Shown here one piece after another: positions 12,735-26,331 of a stretch of 64,000 nt of DNA. Below the pieces are notes generated by a model. That model saw only the letters and a list, made by a program, of their open reading frames with translations, searched no databases and was not told where the DNA came from. Location: positions 1 through 64,000 of the forward strand of contig NW_020847750.1 in assembly GCF_003704095.1 (NCBI RefSeq), written 5' to 3'. Positions within the stretch are counted from its first letter, which is position 1, and every line of letters begins with the position of its first letter. The position numbers were made by a program, and so were the translations under genes. The stretch is from Pocillopora damicornis. Taxonomy: Eukaryota.

Positions 12735-15046
12735 TTATAAACCGAGCCTTTCAGCTTCTTTAGCTTCAAAAAATGTGTAGGAGAGAGTGATGGTGTCCAC
12801 TTTAGCCATGGCAGGATCTTCAGTGAATTCGGGATCAATGTAAAAAAATACTGGCATATCCACCTGCCAACAAAAAATAGAAGTGCTCTGATTAACATCA
12901 AACAGACTTTAAAAGAATTAAAATGTGGCCCAGTTTCCTTTATGACACCTGTAACAAAGAGTGGCTGTTCCTGGTGGACAGAAGCTCTGAGATGTTAAGT
13001 TAAAATGACAGCTTCCAAAGATGGAGTAAGGATCTCTCTATTACCATTATTATCATGAGCTAACCCCATACTCTAATTTGTACAAAACCTTTCACTGGCT
13101 TTACAGCATGGCTGTCAAAGCCATGAGGAATTCATGTGATATTTGTTGAAGTGGAACTCACAACAACTGAAGATGAGTGAAACACTTGAATAGGCCAACC
13201 ACCACACAAACACATTTCCAACATTTTACAGGTAAAAGCAGAGTTTGTCAGCTGAGGTTCAACACTAGCACTTAGATGGGCTGGAATTTGGTGATATGCC
13301 AGGTTGTTTCGGTGTCATATTTATCCTCCTAGTTTTATGTGGAAATGTATTCCTACTGGAAAGATTGTGAAAGCTTAACCTTACCTGTTCATGTGGATTC
13401 AGTCTCTGTTCCTCAAAGCAAAAGCACTAGGAATAAAAAAATCATTTGTAAATCACTCTGAAAATAATAATGTCACAAAGTAACAAAATCTTACTAATAG
13501 TAATAAGGGCAGAAAAAACACTATCCCTCCTTGCTCCTATGAGTGACTAAGACAGTATTTCTCATCACAATATCAATACAATATCAAGGAGACAAATGAA
13601 GTGATACAAATAAATAGAAAAGCCTCAACTAGTTGATTTTTTGTTGATCCGATACCAAATTCTCAAAACTAACATCATAAAAATTACATGGCTCATAGTA
13701 AAGAGAATTTTTAATGAGATCTGGGAGTAAAATGATTAAATTTTAACAACAAAATAAGACTTACCTGGATTTTGTTGAAATATTGTCCTGCTTCAAAGGG
13801 AATCACATTATATGTTGAAATTCCTGTGATGGGCTCATTAGTTGGGTTAGTAGCAGTGTAAAATGCCAGAGCTGTTTCCCCTGGTACAAGCTGGAAAAAA
13901 ATTCAGTGCAGCTCAAGGTCAAATGCTGCTGTCATTCACATGATGCAAAAATAATTCTAGATACACACACTGTAGATTTGTGATCTTGGTTGAACTGCAC
14001 ATGTCAAAAGAGATGATAGCACCAAACAAACTCATTTCAATTATACCCTGATAGCTGTCTGTTGAGGTCTGAAGTTCCACTGCATGGAAGCACTCCTATC
14101 TGCATTAAACCTGATAACTAACTCTCTTTCTGGTTTCCTTTCCATCTGCTCGATCTTCTCCCCAGATTCCTCTCTCTTCACTGTTCCACCCAAACCTGTT
14201 GCCTACACAGACAAAATAGAAACAAAAGTAATAATCCAGCTATCTTCTGTTATAACAGTGCATTAGCTTTGAGGTAAAGATAATCAAGATGTTCTTTCAC
14301 CCTGACAATATGCTAACGTTTAAAATGTCAGCTTCAGTATTTCTCTACAGTGGCCAATTCATAATATCAACTCAGTTGATAAAACCAAATTATAATGCAA
14401 ACCCCATTAAGGCAGTACTACAGTTGCTATAGAAACTTACCCCTTTTAAAGGTAGTGAGCCTTAGGTGAAGGATGTAGCGTCCCTCAAACAAAACAACAA
14501 TTCGAACTAGCTTAAATTTTTTTTACTTTGAAATCTTTTTTCAACTGCAACACAAACAAAGAACAATAAATTGAAATGGAGAGCGGAGATTGGTGGGGAA
14601 AGAAGGATAGTAAATGTACTTGTTGCTTGTGGCCAGGACTGTAAATCAAATTCACTTACCTGGCAGTAAAGGCGATAAAGAGGTACAGCAAGATATGAGG
14701 CTCCCACAACCGTGACTGCAAGGGCTATTATATAAATCGCTGTTGTCTTGTTCCGCATACTGGAGGCCGAATGTCCTTTCGAGCCGACACGAGTCACAGC
14801 AAAACGCCGACTGACACCCCACATCAAACCTGGAAACATTTTTAAGCGCCTTGCTGGTAGGAAGGTAATTTCCTTTGTCACCGAGAGTTCTTTAAAGCAT
14901 CTTGTGCAGATAAACCTGTTTCGTGTTATGCTATGAAAGCATACTCTCCCTACCATAAGCTTACATAATCTTGAACCCAGAACACCATGATGAGGATTCG
15001 AAAGCAATACTCTCTGGCCAGCAGTCCGAAGAAGCAACCCAATCAT
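12735..15046 (-). CDS. COX11: Cytochrome c oxidase copper chaperone COX11. Exons 15046-14660, 14202-14047, 13890-13765, 13426-13385, 12863-12735; 279 aa
   Basis: SYLAVPLYRLYCQ|ATGLGG, FNAD..MQWNF.PQQ, PGETALAFY, YFNKIQ|CFCFEEQRL (Cu-binding CFC), VDMPVFFYIDPEF, LSYTFF. All introns are phase 0 GT-AG; Arg-rich presequence. Confidence 0.97.
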
Positions 15047-16395
15047 GCTACAAAAGTCAAACTAAAAAAAATGATGAAACCACAATGTTCTTGTCTTTCT
15101 TGGATGGTCACAGTTTTTACAATCCACTTCTGGGAATTATGTCATCTGTCCGCCATATTGCATTTCACACTAACAGAGTGAGATTGGGTTTTAAAAATAT
15201 CACTCTCCTTCCCAGGGTCTCACGGCTCTGTTCATTCAACTTTTCTTTTAAAGTTTCCTTGCGTTTTATTTGACATCTGTTCCCTAAAATGTTGCATCAT
15301 TAAAACGGTGGAATTTCAAGACCTTCAAGCTCAGAAATTTTATTGCAGCAGAAATAATGCTTTTGCCACAAAAATACACACTGTAGTGTTGAGGTTGTTA
15401 TTATAGATAACCTTGAGTGATTAACCACCAGCATCAATCCGCCAAGTATTTGAAAAGTGCTGATTACAGAATTTACAAGTAAAATAGGGGCAAGGGGATT
15501 ACTAACGATAATCAGTGCTCTGCAGAGGGAGGTTCTGTCTTAAGGAGTACTTCCTTTAGTTATGCAAATGAGTAAGAATTTCTTCACAAGACAATTTTGG
15601 TTTTATCAACTGATTTGATCCCCCTTTAAGAGTATCTTAAGTTGAGGTATTTGGAAGGATAGGGTAATCTAACAGAGGGGCTGCCTCTGAGGTTCTCCAT
15701 AGCATCTCTAATTAACTTAACTGCTTCGTTATTACCATGTAATTGTTAACAAAAGTTTAGAAAATAAAAGGGATGAAGTTTTTGAAAAGGATACCAATTT
15801 CCATTTTAATATATATCGCGCAGGCACACATCCTGTCAAAAATAGAAAATGGTAAATGACAGGACCCATCCTCATGAAACTATTTTTGAAGACCTCATCA
15901 AAAAGGCTGAAACATTTTGGATATAGATTTCATCAGTGGGCCACTTTCCATACCTCCCCAAGGTAAGCTTTCATATGGAGAGAATAAATCTATCAATGGC
16001 AGTTAAAATATTCACCCAGATCTCCAACATTATACTTTAGACACCACTGAAGCACTAAAACATCACATCAATCAAGTGCATTAGCACTATATTTACAACA
16101 GCTTGCATATACAGAGCCTGTACATTAATATTCGATTTTATATTTAGTATATAAATTTATGTTAATCCTAAATTATTTATAACTTAGAACCTCATAATAC
16201 TGATTTGTACAATTATCTTACAACAAAGATATAGTTACATTTAAGGCCACAAAAAAAACAGTTGTCTGAACAAATGATTCCACATGTTTTTAAATAGCAT
16301 ATTATTTCTCCTCTAAGACGCAGCAAAACTTTACATTACATTTATATAACATTCATATTGACAGGGTCTGTAGAGTTCCAGTCACAAATGTCTAG

Positions 16396-19298
16396 CTATG
16401 AGATATTTTCCAAGGCACTGCACATGATTTCATCTTCTCTGCTGAACTCTTCATTTTCCTCTGAGCGATCTTGTGATTGATTAACCTGATGATTAAATGG
16501 TGGAAAGAAAAACATCTAAAAATTATAGAAAGAAAGGAAATAAAGGGAAACTTCTTCAAAATATGAATTAATGCAATCAAAACCTTGATTAGTCTTCCTT
16601 TTTGAACATATTTTCAAGCTTGATTGCACAGAAAACATGCTTATTCAGGGTAAATATATTTAATAAGTACCTTAACCCTTTAACTCCCAGATCAAATTTG
16701 TAATTCTCTTTACTCTCAACCAATTCATATAATGTCAGTGCAGAGAATTGAGTATTGGTTGAACTAATTATCCCCAAATTGATATTTTTCTTAATTCTCA
16801 TCACTTACCTGGTTGATATTGTATTGATGTTGTAAGGAGAAATTTTGTCTTGGTCACTAATGGTAGGGTTAACAATGTATTTCTAATTTGGGATCAGACC
16901 CACTGTTCATGAGGTCTGTACTTTCTCCAAATTTTAATTATTTTGTATTTTCAATGTTTTACTGAATTGTACTGGAACTATCAACAACTAGAAACATCTT
17001 ATGCACACAAACACTGAAAGAAATGTGCAGCTTATATAATTATTTTTTAAATCCTTACCTCCATTTTTTCAAAAGAGCTGTCCTGTTGTCTTGCACTCAA
17101 CTGTAATGAGGATAGGCTAGACTGTAGCATTGCCACCACTCTGTCCAAATGCCTGTTTCAATATAAACAGTTAATTGATATTTAATATCAATACCATATA
17201 TGTAAATAAGATGCTGAAGGAACATGTCATTAGGCTTAATACATATACAGTAGAATCCTGATTCCAGGATCTTCTTTTGGTAAAATACATAATCCTATTT
17301 TACTTTTCCCTCAGAGCCTTGGAAAATCAGAATTCCCCCATAGTTATTTGAATTTGGAAGAATTTGGGTTGAATGGGGAAGGTTCGCTAAGATCATAGGT
17401 TCATTTCACAGATAAAAAAGTCCACTTTGTATTCAATCTATTAAATGTGTAAAACAACATTGGTTTTTTAAGTAAACTAAAATGAACATTACTTGTTTAG
17501 TTTGTCTGCTGTGTCCAGTCTCTGCTGCTTTTGCCTTTCCATCATTACTCTTAATGTCTCCCGTGCCTGCAAGGTGTCAAAATATACTAACTTTTTTACC
17601 TGAAATAACTTTTTTTCAAATCGAATGGCTCAGAGCTGAACAAAATTCAGGAAAAACAAAAATTAAAACATCCAAGGAAATTCAATTGCACATAGAATGT
17701 ACTCATAACTACAAAAAAGTACAATTTAAGGAGTTCAGCTGCTGAGGCTACTGAGTACATCTCTTACTACTGTACTGATTTCTTCAACAGGACAGTATCT
17801 TATGGAAAAGAAATCTATTGGTTTACCCAGAGGGATACTGACAGAAAAAAAAGCATCAAATCAGGCAAGTCAGTTGAAGCTAATAATCAATTATTAACCT
17901 GATGTGGTCGAAGTTCATTGATCAAGTGATGAATATTAATAAATAGTAAGTTCAAGTCTTCTAGTTTTTCTTCTCTCTGAAAATAAAGGCAAAAAAGCAT
18001 TACATTACATCCCAGTAAAGAAAATGAATTGTGAATCAGTTAACCATTTCACTTAAAAGCAATTTCACCTGATGCATTAAAATGAATACTAATATTGAAT
18101 AATTTGTCCAGATGATACCTTACTTGGTTTGTAGTAACTATGACAGTTTTAAACTAGGAAGCTTCTGTAAAGAACTGTAATGGTTTCTGGACAACTTATC
18201 ACTCTTAGTCAAGTAAGTTGCATGTGTTGCTGAAAACCTGCGTATATTGACACTGTGTTAGGGTAAACATACCTTAGGTGACGAAGGAGATTTAATTAGA
18301 ATATCTAACAGCTCCAAGAAGTTTATGACAATGGAATGATTTAGTTTTTTTAGCTCTTTGATGCGATCTAAGGGAATAAGAAAAACAATATTCAAAATTC
18401 TGCAGAATAGATTAAATTGTAAATAGTAAGTTTCATTAGATATCAAAACAGTGCATTCATTTTAGTCATGAAGAAAAATAACTTTAGCCAATTCTTACTT
18501 GCAAGAATTAAGTACTTATTAAACTAAGGGATTGTACTTGCACTAGTTATACTCGACAGACCATTTGGCTTGTCCACTCTGTTGGGGGAGCGCTGCACCA
18601 GTATCACAGAAGTCAGGGGTTCAAATTGTGCAGGGGTCTCAATTTTTTCAGGCCTCATTTTGTACTGCTGCTTAAGAAGCGTTCATTATTGCAAACATCA
18701 CTCTCATATTCATTTATTATTTGCAGTTCACATATACGACTCTTCATATATTCACATTCATTCCGACCAGGGTAAATTCTCATGTTTAAAAATACTGTAC
18801 ATACCAAATCTCCCCTGAGTTGTATAAAGTCTGGTTATTCCCTGAAGTTCTAACGGTCTGATAATGGATTCGTCAGTCTGAGAAAAATAACGAATAAAAC
18901 AACATCAAAATGAAAAAATTATATTCTATGAAAGACACAACCTTAGGGCGAGCTCAGCACACTTTAACGGTCATCAAAGGCTATAAATGACAAATTAGTC
19001 TCAAAGCAAAATAATAAGAACTTAACGCTTCGTTTATCGTCAAGAAGTTGTAAATATTAGCGTGTAAACCTTGGTTGTATCGATCCTAATCAAGTAAGTT
19101 ACTTTATACTCTCTTTTCAGCAAAACAACATTCGATTATGAAGGGTAATACCTCAAAAGAAGCCCCAAAAATAGCGTAAGCTCCCTCAGCTGGAGTTGGT
19201 GGATCAGGTACTAATTGCTTCTTTACATTTTCATCCGTGTAAACCTTGTAGTATTGAGCTGGGGGAAGAGGAAACGGACAGACACCTTCTGCGGCCAT
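16396..19298 (-). CDS. MED7: Mediator subunit 7, seven coding exons (first 19298-19152; others near 18.8, 18.3, 17.9, 17.5, 17.1 and 16.4 kb)
   Basis: [17 protein letters not shown]...PDPP; [14 protein letters not shown]; [25 protein letters not shown]; [23 protein letters not shown]|ARETL; phases consistent. Confidence 0.95.
16672..16872. mobile_element. piggyBac-type MITE in a MED7 intron
   Basis: TTAA-CCCTTTAACTCCC ... tagggTTAA; TTAA flanks on both sides. Confidence 0.65.
18565..18755 (+). mobile_element. tRNA-derived SINE remnant in a MED7 intron
   Basis: Degenerate tRNA-like head (gagcgctgcaccagtatcacagaagtcaggggttcaaat, B-box-like) followed by tttttcaggc and an AT-rich tail; related minus-strand copy at about 32860-32980. 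Confidence 0.5.
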
Positions 19299-19413
19299 CT
19301 TGGAAATTACTCATACGGCTGAAGTGGACTATGGGTATTATTTCTCGTTTCCATTCCAATCAGGTTTTTCCCGCAAGGGAATGATGTTGAGCCCGCGTTC
19401 CTAACAACTGAAG
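19299..19413. promoter_or_regulatory. Compact bidirectional promoter / 5' UTR region between MED7 and DTD2
   Basis: The MED7 ATG at 19298 lies within a YY1-like ccaagATGgccgc; a plus-strand donor (gaag|gtaagg, 19413) fits a noncoding DTD2 first exon. Confidence 0.55.
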
Positions 19414-20019
19414 GTAAGGCGATACAGTAATGTAGTTTCTTCTGGTAATATTAATGTGGCTTTTCCCAAAATAATTTTGCAGGAACTTGAAAGAGAGGTC
19501 CTTGATTACAGTCTTCTTTTTCTCCTTGAAATTCTTGATATAGCATCACAGTATATGATGCTTCACATTTCCTTTTAAAATAGTTGGGATAGTGTAGTGT
19601 TAGATCAAGAAAAAAAACTTTAACTTGATAATTTTGGATATTCTCATCTCCTGTTTGCTGGATAATGTATAGATATAATATAGAGAAGTTGCATGTCAGT
19701 CACTTCTGGGAATTTAAAGGTCACCTATACCATGATAAGGGAATGTGTAAAGCTGAAAAGGAAGGACTAATTCCCAGATAGATTACAATAGTTACATTTT
19801 CCTAGTCCTATCCACAAGACCTTCTATTCTCTCTCAACCAGAGCTCAAGTAAAATTAGATCTGCATTGATTTTCAGGGAGGGGAAGTGCTTCCTCATATA
19901 ACTTTCAAAATAGTACAGATTCAAAGAAATAGTAAGTTTCTTAAGTAAGAAATAAGAAGGTGAATAACCTGTGCAAAGCTTATGTATTGATATTATTCCT
20001 TGGTGATCATGTTCAAGAT

Positions 20020-22879
20020 ATGGCCACCACTACAGGCTCAGCAGTTAATTGGTGTCCCTCAGTAAGGATCATCATACAGCAGTGTCTATCAGCCAGACTA
20101 CAGGTTCAACCACCAACAGAGACTGAAGATGAAAGATGGGTGGAGGTAAAGATGACAACCTGTAAGCTGGTTCTCATGATTTCAGTTGAGTTGTGATCCA
20201 CTAATGGGCCATCCAAACCTTTCAGATTTCCAGGGGAATTGTCATTTACCTGTGTTTTCTCAAAGGATCAAACCTGGATATCATACCCAAAGAAGGTAAG
20301 CTAACAGTAAAATGATAAAAGTTTGAATATATGCAATATGGTCTTCATTGTCTTCATGGTCCTACAGAAAGTCATGATGATGATAATTCTTTTAAATTCT
20401 CAAGCCAGTTTCTCCTCCCTCATATCCTCGAGAGCACTAGATTCAGAAAAACAAGGAATAAAAAAAGCTTTTAAAATTGCTTCATCTTGCCTTATGTTGT
20501 TCAGGTTTGTGGATTATAAAAGCATGGAGAATCCTGTCACCGTTTCCTTCCCAGACTCCCATTGTCTTTTGTCAACCCCACTGTTTGATTTTCCTTCCTG
20601 AAAGATGCTGACAGCCTTTCTCCATCTTGTCTCACTAACAAAGGCTGGATGTAAGGGGTTTTTTTTTTTTTCGTCATTTCTATAATCCTTATTGAGACCA
20701 TGGGTATTGTTACAAGAATCTGTAATGCTCTTCCTGAGATGGACTCTTCGTGTAGTGTGGCATTTACCATCTTTGGCTCTTCCTGTATTTTTTTGTAGCT
20801 TCGCAAATTTGTTGTAAATGATTTAGCTTATAAAATTGGAGCTTCACTCCATCTTTTTTTCTACTCAGTGAAATCAATTTTAAATGTAAGACTCAGTGAG
20901 ACCACAGGCCGACCAAGAAATGTGTCAGTTTTGGAGTTTCCTGGCGATGTTCTTATTGTTCCTCAGGTAAGTGATTGACAGAGCAAATCATGGCAGTTGG
21001 GTTAAGTATTATAGGCTAAGTTATTCCTTAGTGTTAGAACTTATCCAGGTTTCCTAAGCATGAAGGAACTTGTAGTGAAATTTTATATTTCTGCTCATTC
21101 TGCATGGAATGCTTCTTAGTCTTATTTGTGGTAAACCCCAGAAAGTTTCTGAGTATGGCCCACTACCCTTTTATATTCCTGGGTCAATAGACACACCGTG
21201 AGAATTAAGAACACAATACTGTGACACTTTAAAGACTCATTCCCAGACCTCTCCTTTCTATGCGCCAGGCCATCACCTCACTTGTGACAAAATCGGATGT
21301 TATTAAGAATTTCTTTATCACAAACCAACATCATAGACCAACTTCAAGATAAAAATATGCCTTGTAACAAGCTGTAGAAACCAACCCCCTCCTAGCCCCA
21401 GTCTATGCGGCTATCCATATGAGTTTGACTTTCGCGCGGATCATGAAAATAAAAGATGCGAGCTTGAGTTGAAATGTAATTGCCAGAACGTTCTTATGCC
21501 AGTCGTATTCCAAAATCGTCCGGTAAATTGCTCTTTCTTTTAGTGTTATTAGTATTTCCTATGTTAGTTACAATCTTGTTATTAGTTGTTCCGTCCCTAA
21601 TGTATTATGTTCGTAACACTTTATTTAGAAACCACAGGCAATGGCGTGTAGGTAAAAGAGTTCGATCGAGTCGTCATTAAATTAAACTCCTCTTAAATTT
21701 ATCGCTAGTGCGTTGGTTATACAAGTGAAAAAATTAATTTGCTTGGGCACAAATACATAGAGCATGATGTGTCAATGAGAGGCTGGAAAGGAGAAGCTGT
21801 TTCTAGTCCATAAAATATGGGGCTCAAAATAATAGGATGCTACCATTTCCTTTTTTAGTCTTCCCACTCAAAACCTAGAATGGATACTTCTTGTTAAAAA
21901 AATCTGTGATAATGATTTTTCAGGCAACACTTGGGGGAAAGATGAAAGGAAGAAGCGTTCAGTATCATTCAAATATATCGAAAGACGAAGGAAGGGTATT
22001 TTATGAAAAGTTTATCACCCTTTGTGAGGTATTTTTGTGTTAATTGTTTTCAGTTTTGTCGAAAACTCTAGACATCCTTCTGCGGGACTCTTTGTGAGTC
22101 ATACAGATGTTATGCGAGTGATGTGATTCTCGCACATAGTTTGTGCTCGTGTACGCCAAGAGCTAGGAGCAGACTTGCGTCATAATCTTTGTTAGCTTCC
22201 AGTTGTCATGGACGTATCGGCATTCCTCAGTTGTCCCATTAAATAACTTTTGTAAGGGTGTGCTTCTAAGAAGCGTAACTTACCCAGAACTTCTCCTTCT
22301 CTCCCTCCCTCATTTTATTTTATTCCTTTCTTCTCTTTCTCTCGTCTTTTCTCTCAAGTATAGTATTTTGTTCATTGGTGTATCTAGGAAACAGTCCAAG
22401 CTAACTCGACAAATCTACCGGACTCCCCTACGAAAAAAGTGAAGCACGGTGAGATTATTAGTGAAAACACAATTACACATGCCTGATTGGCGCGCTCTCC
22501 GAGTGCATTTCGCAAACTCGTGAAGTAACAACGGCTAATCAGAAAAAAGGAAAACATTACGTGGAGCCGATGAGAAACTGGAGTAAATACGAGCAAACGT
22601 CCATCAAGCGCTAGATCAAGACGAGTTACTAAGTCACAGAGTGAGGCGCGTTATCCAGACCAATTGTATTATGTTGAAAAACAAAATCAGTGCAATACGG
22701 ATTACTTTTACACACATTTGAAATTAAATTTATCATATTATTTAGCTTATGCTATTTTTTAAATTATACTAAGTGTTTTGCGTCACTAGTTTATTTTTCT
22801 GTTTTCAGGCACGTATGGAAACAGACAAGTGCTGAGTGTGGAAACAAACGGGCCATTTACACACGTGTTTGACTTTTAG
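20020..22879 (+). CDS. DTD2: D-aminoacyl-tRNA deacylase 2 (ATD). Exons 20020-20145, 20226-20295, 20869-20966, 21924-22028, 22388-22448, 22809-22879
   Basis: QQCLSARLQV; GIVIYLCFLKG; signature PQ|ATLGG, QYH, HG|TYGNRQVL..ETNGPFTH; phases 0,1,0,0,1 verified. Confidence 0.95.
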
Positions 22880-23519
22880 GACATCTTTTACGACGGTATC
22901 ATTACGACCTTACTACAGTATTTTGCGAGACTGGGTGTTCACGATGAAGAGGAGCAATTGATGAACTGATTGACTCTCTCTGTTTTTACGTACACTCGTG
23001 GTCATAAGCTTGCGAAAAATGCGGAACGACAAGAGAGGATCTCCTATTTAAGACCACGAAAGGAAATTGAGTTATGAATTCCCCATTGCAAGCCAAGAGT
23101 ATGAATATTGTAAAATCCGAGTGTGTATGCATTTTACAAATTTAGCGAATTAGTGTCAAACCCTGAGTGCACAGGTCTACCAATCAAGCCACTACGTCCC
23201 CTTACGTTGCTAAGTGCAGTCAAAGAAGAAACTTAAATCTTGAATTCAAGTACACTGTTACTATTTTTATGTATAAACTTAGTTCGCTATATTCATTATC
23301 CTGCAATGTTAATTAGATAAATATATAAATAATTTAATAATTGCTTGTGGTGAAACATTACATTGATTCACTAGCTAGACTTAAAATTTTGGAGTGAGGT
23401 AGCGGAGTTGCCTCCTTTTCAAGAATGTCGCGAAGTGGCTGTTCATTCGTGTAGATCTATTCAGCACAGAAAACTCTGTCCATTACTTGCGTTGCATCTT
23501 TTCATATGATTACAATCCT

Positions 23520-24723
23520 CTACTCAGTAAAAACCTTATTCCACATTTTATCCACAAGAGTTTCACATTGCCTTTTCCAACTGTACGTCTGTTCATAAGA
23601 TTTTCGCAGGCTTTGTATTTCTTTCAGGCGTTTTCCCCTTTTCTTCTCGAATACCTTTATGATCGCGTCTGACCAATCTTTTGCCTTTTCACTCTCAACC
23701 ACACAGTGGTCTCCAAATTCTACATCACTTAGCGCTTTTGCGAAACCTGAGCTTTTGCTAACAAGAATTGGCACACCGGCAGACAAGGCCTCGAGCGCAG
23801 TGAAACCGAATCCTTCAGTTCTTGAAGGCATAAGAACAAGATCCACGCTGACTAGTAATTGCTTTAATAGTTTTCTATCTTCAACGTAACACCCGAAACT
23901 CAATTGATTGTCGCGAACACCATACTGCAAAATCCTCTTCGCAAAATTGTCTTGTTGCTCACTAGATGCACCGACAAATTTTATTTGAAAGCAATCTTTT
24001 TTTAGCTCGTTAAGTGCGAATGCCTCGGCTACTATGTCGTAACCTTTAAGTCTGAAGTCCTCGTTATCACCACGCCCAAACACAAGAACCTGAAACATGT
24101 CATTCTCGTGTGGTGATTGTTCTGCATCCGTTAGATCCTCTATTATGCCAGGAGTAAATTTCATAACATCTTGCTCTTTCTTAACACAACGAAGACGATG
24201 GGAGTAAAAGCTCTCTAACTTTGGACCAACTGGCAGGACAAGGTCGGCTTTTGCACACAGCTCAAGCTCGCTTAGGTTCTTCTCTTCACCTTTGGCAATA
24301 GCTTTTGGATAGTCTTTGAACATACCAAGTTGCTCAGGCACGGTGTGAACCACGTGAACCCACTTGCACCTATGGGAGTTTTTAATAACTTGAGCTTGTC
24401 TTCCAAGCTTCACACCATGGCCGATGATTATGTCAATTTGAGGGTCTTTCGGTGGGAAAAATAATTGTTCTTGGGAAGTACAGGCTGTGAGTTGTTCTGC
24501 CTCGATAATTGTAACCCCTTTCTCTTTTGCTGTTTCCTTTACTTCTCTCCCACAAACACCATGTGGGACGAAGAAAGTGACATCGACGTCTGGATTTCTC
24601 GCCAAGTGAATAGCAAGTTCTCTATTAAAAGTTGATAAACCACCTTTCAGTGAATTCCATTCATCTGCCAATATAGTTATTCTCAATATTCTGTCGATGG
24701 AAATGCTCGAGTCCTCTGGTTCA
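23520..24723 (-). CDS. GT-B fold GT4 (Glycos_transf_1) glycosyltransferase domain; terminal exon of a longer protein
   Basis: EWNSLKGGLSTFNRELA, HVVHT, FGRG..EDF.LKGYD, PSRTEGFGFTALEALSAGVP (intact EX7E). The ORF track starts at a TTG; the frame stays open (EPEDSSISIDRIL) up to the gap at 24724 with no ATG. Confidence 0.9.
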
Positions 24724-24823
24724 NNNNNNNNNNNNNNNNNNNNNNNNNNNNNNNNNNNNNNNNNNNNNNNNNNNNNNNNNNNNNNNNNNNNNNNNNNNNN
24801 NNNNNNNNNNNNNNNNNNNNNNN

Positions 24824-26231
24824 TTCAAACTTCGAAAGAGTATCATGTTATTGTATAGAAATGTCCAGAATATAATTAACGTACTATGTAAGCAAAATTA
24901 AGCATCAAATAGACAACGCTTAAGCAACCTCATGACGCAGAGAAATACATGTTGCACTTTTTACGGANNNNNNNNNNNNNNNNNNNNNNNNNNNNNNNNN
25001 NNNNNNNNNNNNNNNNNNNNNNNNNNNNNNNNNNNNNNNNNNNNNNNNNNNNNNNNNNNNNNNNNNNNNNNNNNNNNNNNNNNNNNNNNNNNNNNNNNNN
25101 NNNNNNNNNNNNNNNNNNNNNNNNNNNNNNNNNNNNNNNNNNNNNNNNNNNNNNNNNNNNNNNNNNNNNNNNNNNNNNNNNNNNNNNNNNNNNNNNNNNN
25201 NNNNNNNNNNNNNNNNNNNNNNNNNNNNNNNNNNNNNNNNNNNNNNNNNNNNNNNNNNNNNNNNNNNNNNNNNNNNNNNNNNNNNNNNNNNNNNNNNNNN
25301 NNNNNNNNNNNNNNNNNNNNNNNNNNNNNNNNNNNNNNNNNNNNNNNNNNNNNNNNNNNNNNNNNNNNNNNNNNNNNNNNNNNNNNNNNNNNNNNNNNNN
25401 NNNNNNNNNNNNNNNNNNNNNNNNNNNNNNNNNNNNNNNNNNNNNNNNNNNNNNNNNNNNNNNNNNNNNNNNNNNNNNNNNNNNNNNNNNNNNNNNNNNN
25501 NNNNNNNNNNNNNNNNNNNNNNNNNNNNNNNNNNNNNNNNNNNNNNNNNNNNNNNNNNNNNNNNNNNNNNNNNNNNNNNNNNNNNNNNNNNNNNNNNNNN
25601 NNNNNNNNNNNNNNNNNNNNNNNNNNNNNNNNNNNNNNNNNNNNNNNNGGTGAGGTAAGACGCTACAAGGCCAGTTGGGATAATTGGAAAAGTGCATAGC
25701 TAGATTTTTTTGAGAGGGCTTATACACAGGAGGAGCACAAACCTCTTGTGAGGTCTCTGGGNNNNNNNNNNNNNNNNNNNNNNNNNNNNNNNNNCATACA
25801 GCAGGGAAAAGTCCGACTTGTGTGTCGGCTTTTAAAAATTGCGCACAATTTCCATATGTTTACCGTCCAGGTGAACATGAACAATGTACGATCGCATTTA
25901 TTTCATTTGTTTCAGCTATTTTAAATTTGAAAGAGCTGAAAACAACGTACTTCTTCACATCCACACCCCTGTCAAGTCTCCATAGACCGTACCATCAAAT
26001 TATCCTTTACTCCATTTCCCTTAATTTCGTTTCCAGGGTTATTCTTGTTATTAGTAATTTCTTTTCTCAGAAAGCGACTTTAAAATCGAATGATCTGGGA
26101 ACAAGAATGCTGGACAACAGGTCCCGGTTTTTCTAAGGGCGGATGACGCTATCCACAAGACCAGACAAATCCAATGGATTATGTAGCAAGTCTTGTGAAA
26201 ACCCTGTAATGAACTGGGTCCATGTTGAAAA
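24824..26231 (+). repeat. Island of polyamine oxidase locus sequence (upstream flank, exon-1 end and intron), probably a misplaced contig
   Basis: 24824-24967 matches 59044-59190; 25649-25761 (ggtgag|gtaagacg...) matches 59620-59720; 25800-26117 matches 59755-60068. Bounded by 100-N gaps. Confidence 0.8.
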
Positions 26232-26331
26232 NNNNNNNNNNNNNNNNNNNNNNNNNNNNNNNNNNNNNNNNNNNNNNNNNNNNNNNNNNNNNNNNNNNNN
26301 NNNNNNNNNNNNNNNNNNNNNNNNNNNNNNN

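Noticed and set aside
16803-16812. acttacctgg resembling the U1 snRNA 5' end
   Set aside because: It lies inside a MITE and no U1 body follows.
18565-18650. tRNA gene
   Set aside because: The cloverleaf is not intact; better explained as a SINE head.
23520-24686. GT4 ORF as a stand-alone bacterial (MshA-like) gene, contaminant or recent horizontal transfer
   Set aside because: It has no ATG start, the frame stays open into the gap, it is contiguous with the spliced DTD2 gene, and it resembles the GT domains fused into coral multidomain proteins.
24930-25727. Long ORFs spanning N runs (also at 56-59 kb and 62.3-62.9 kb)
   Set aside because: Artefacts of translating assembly gaps.
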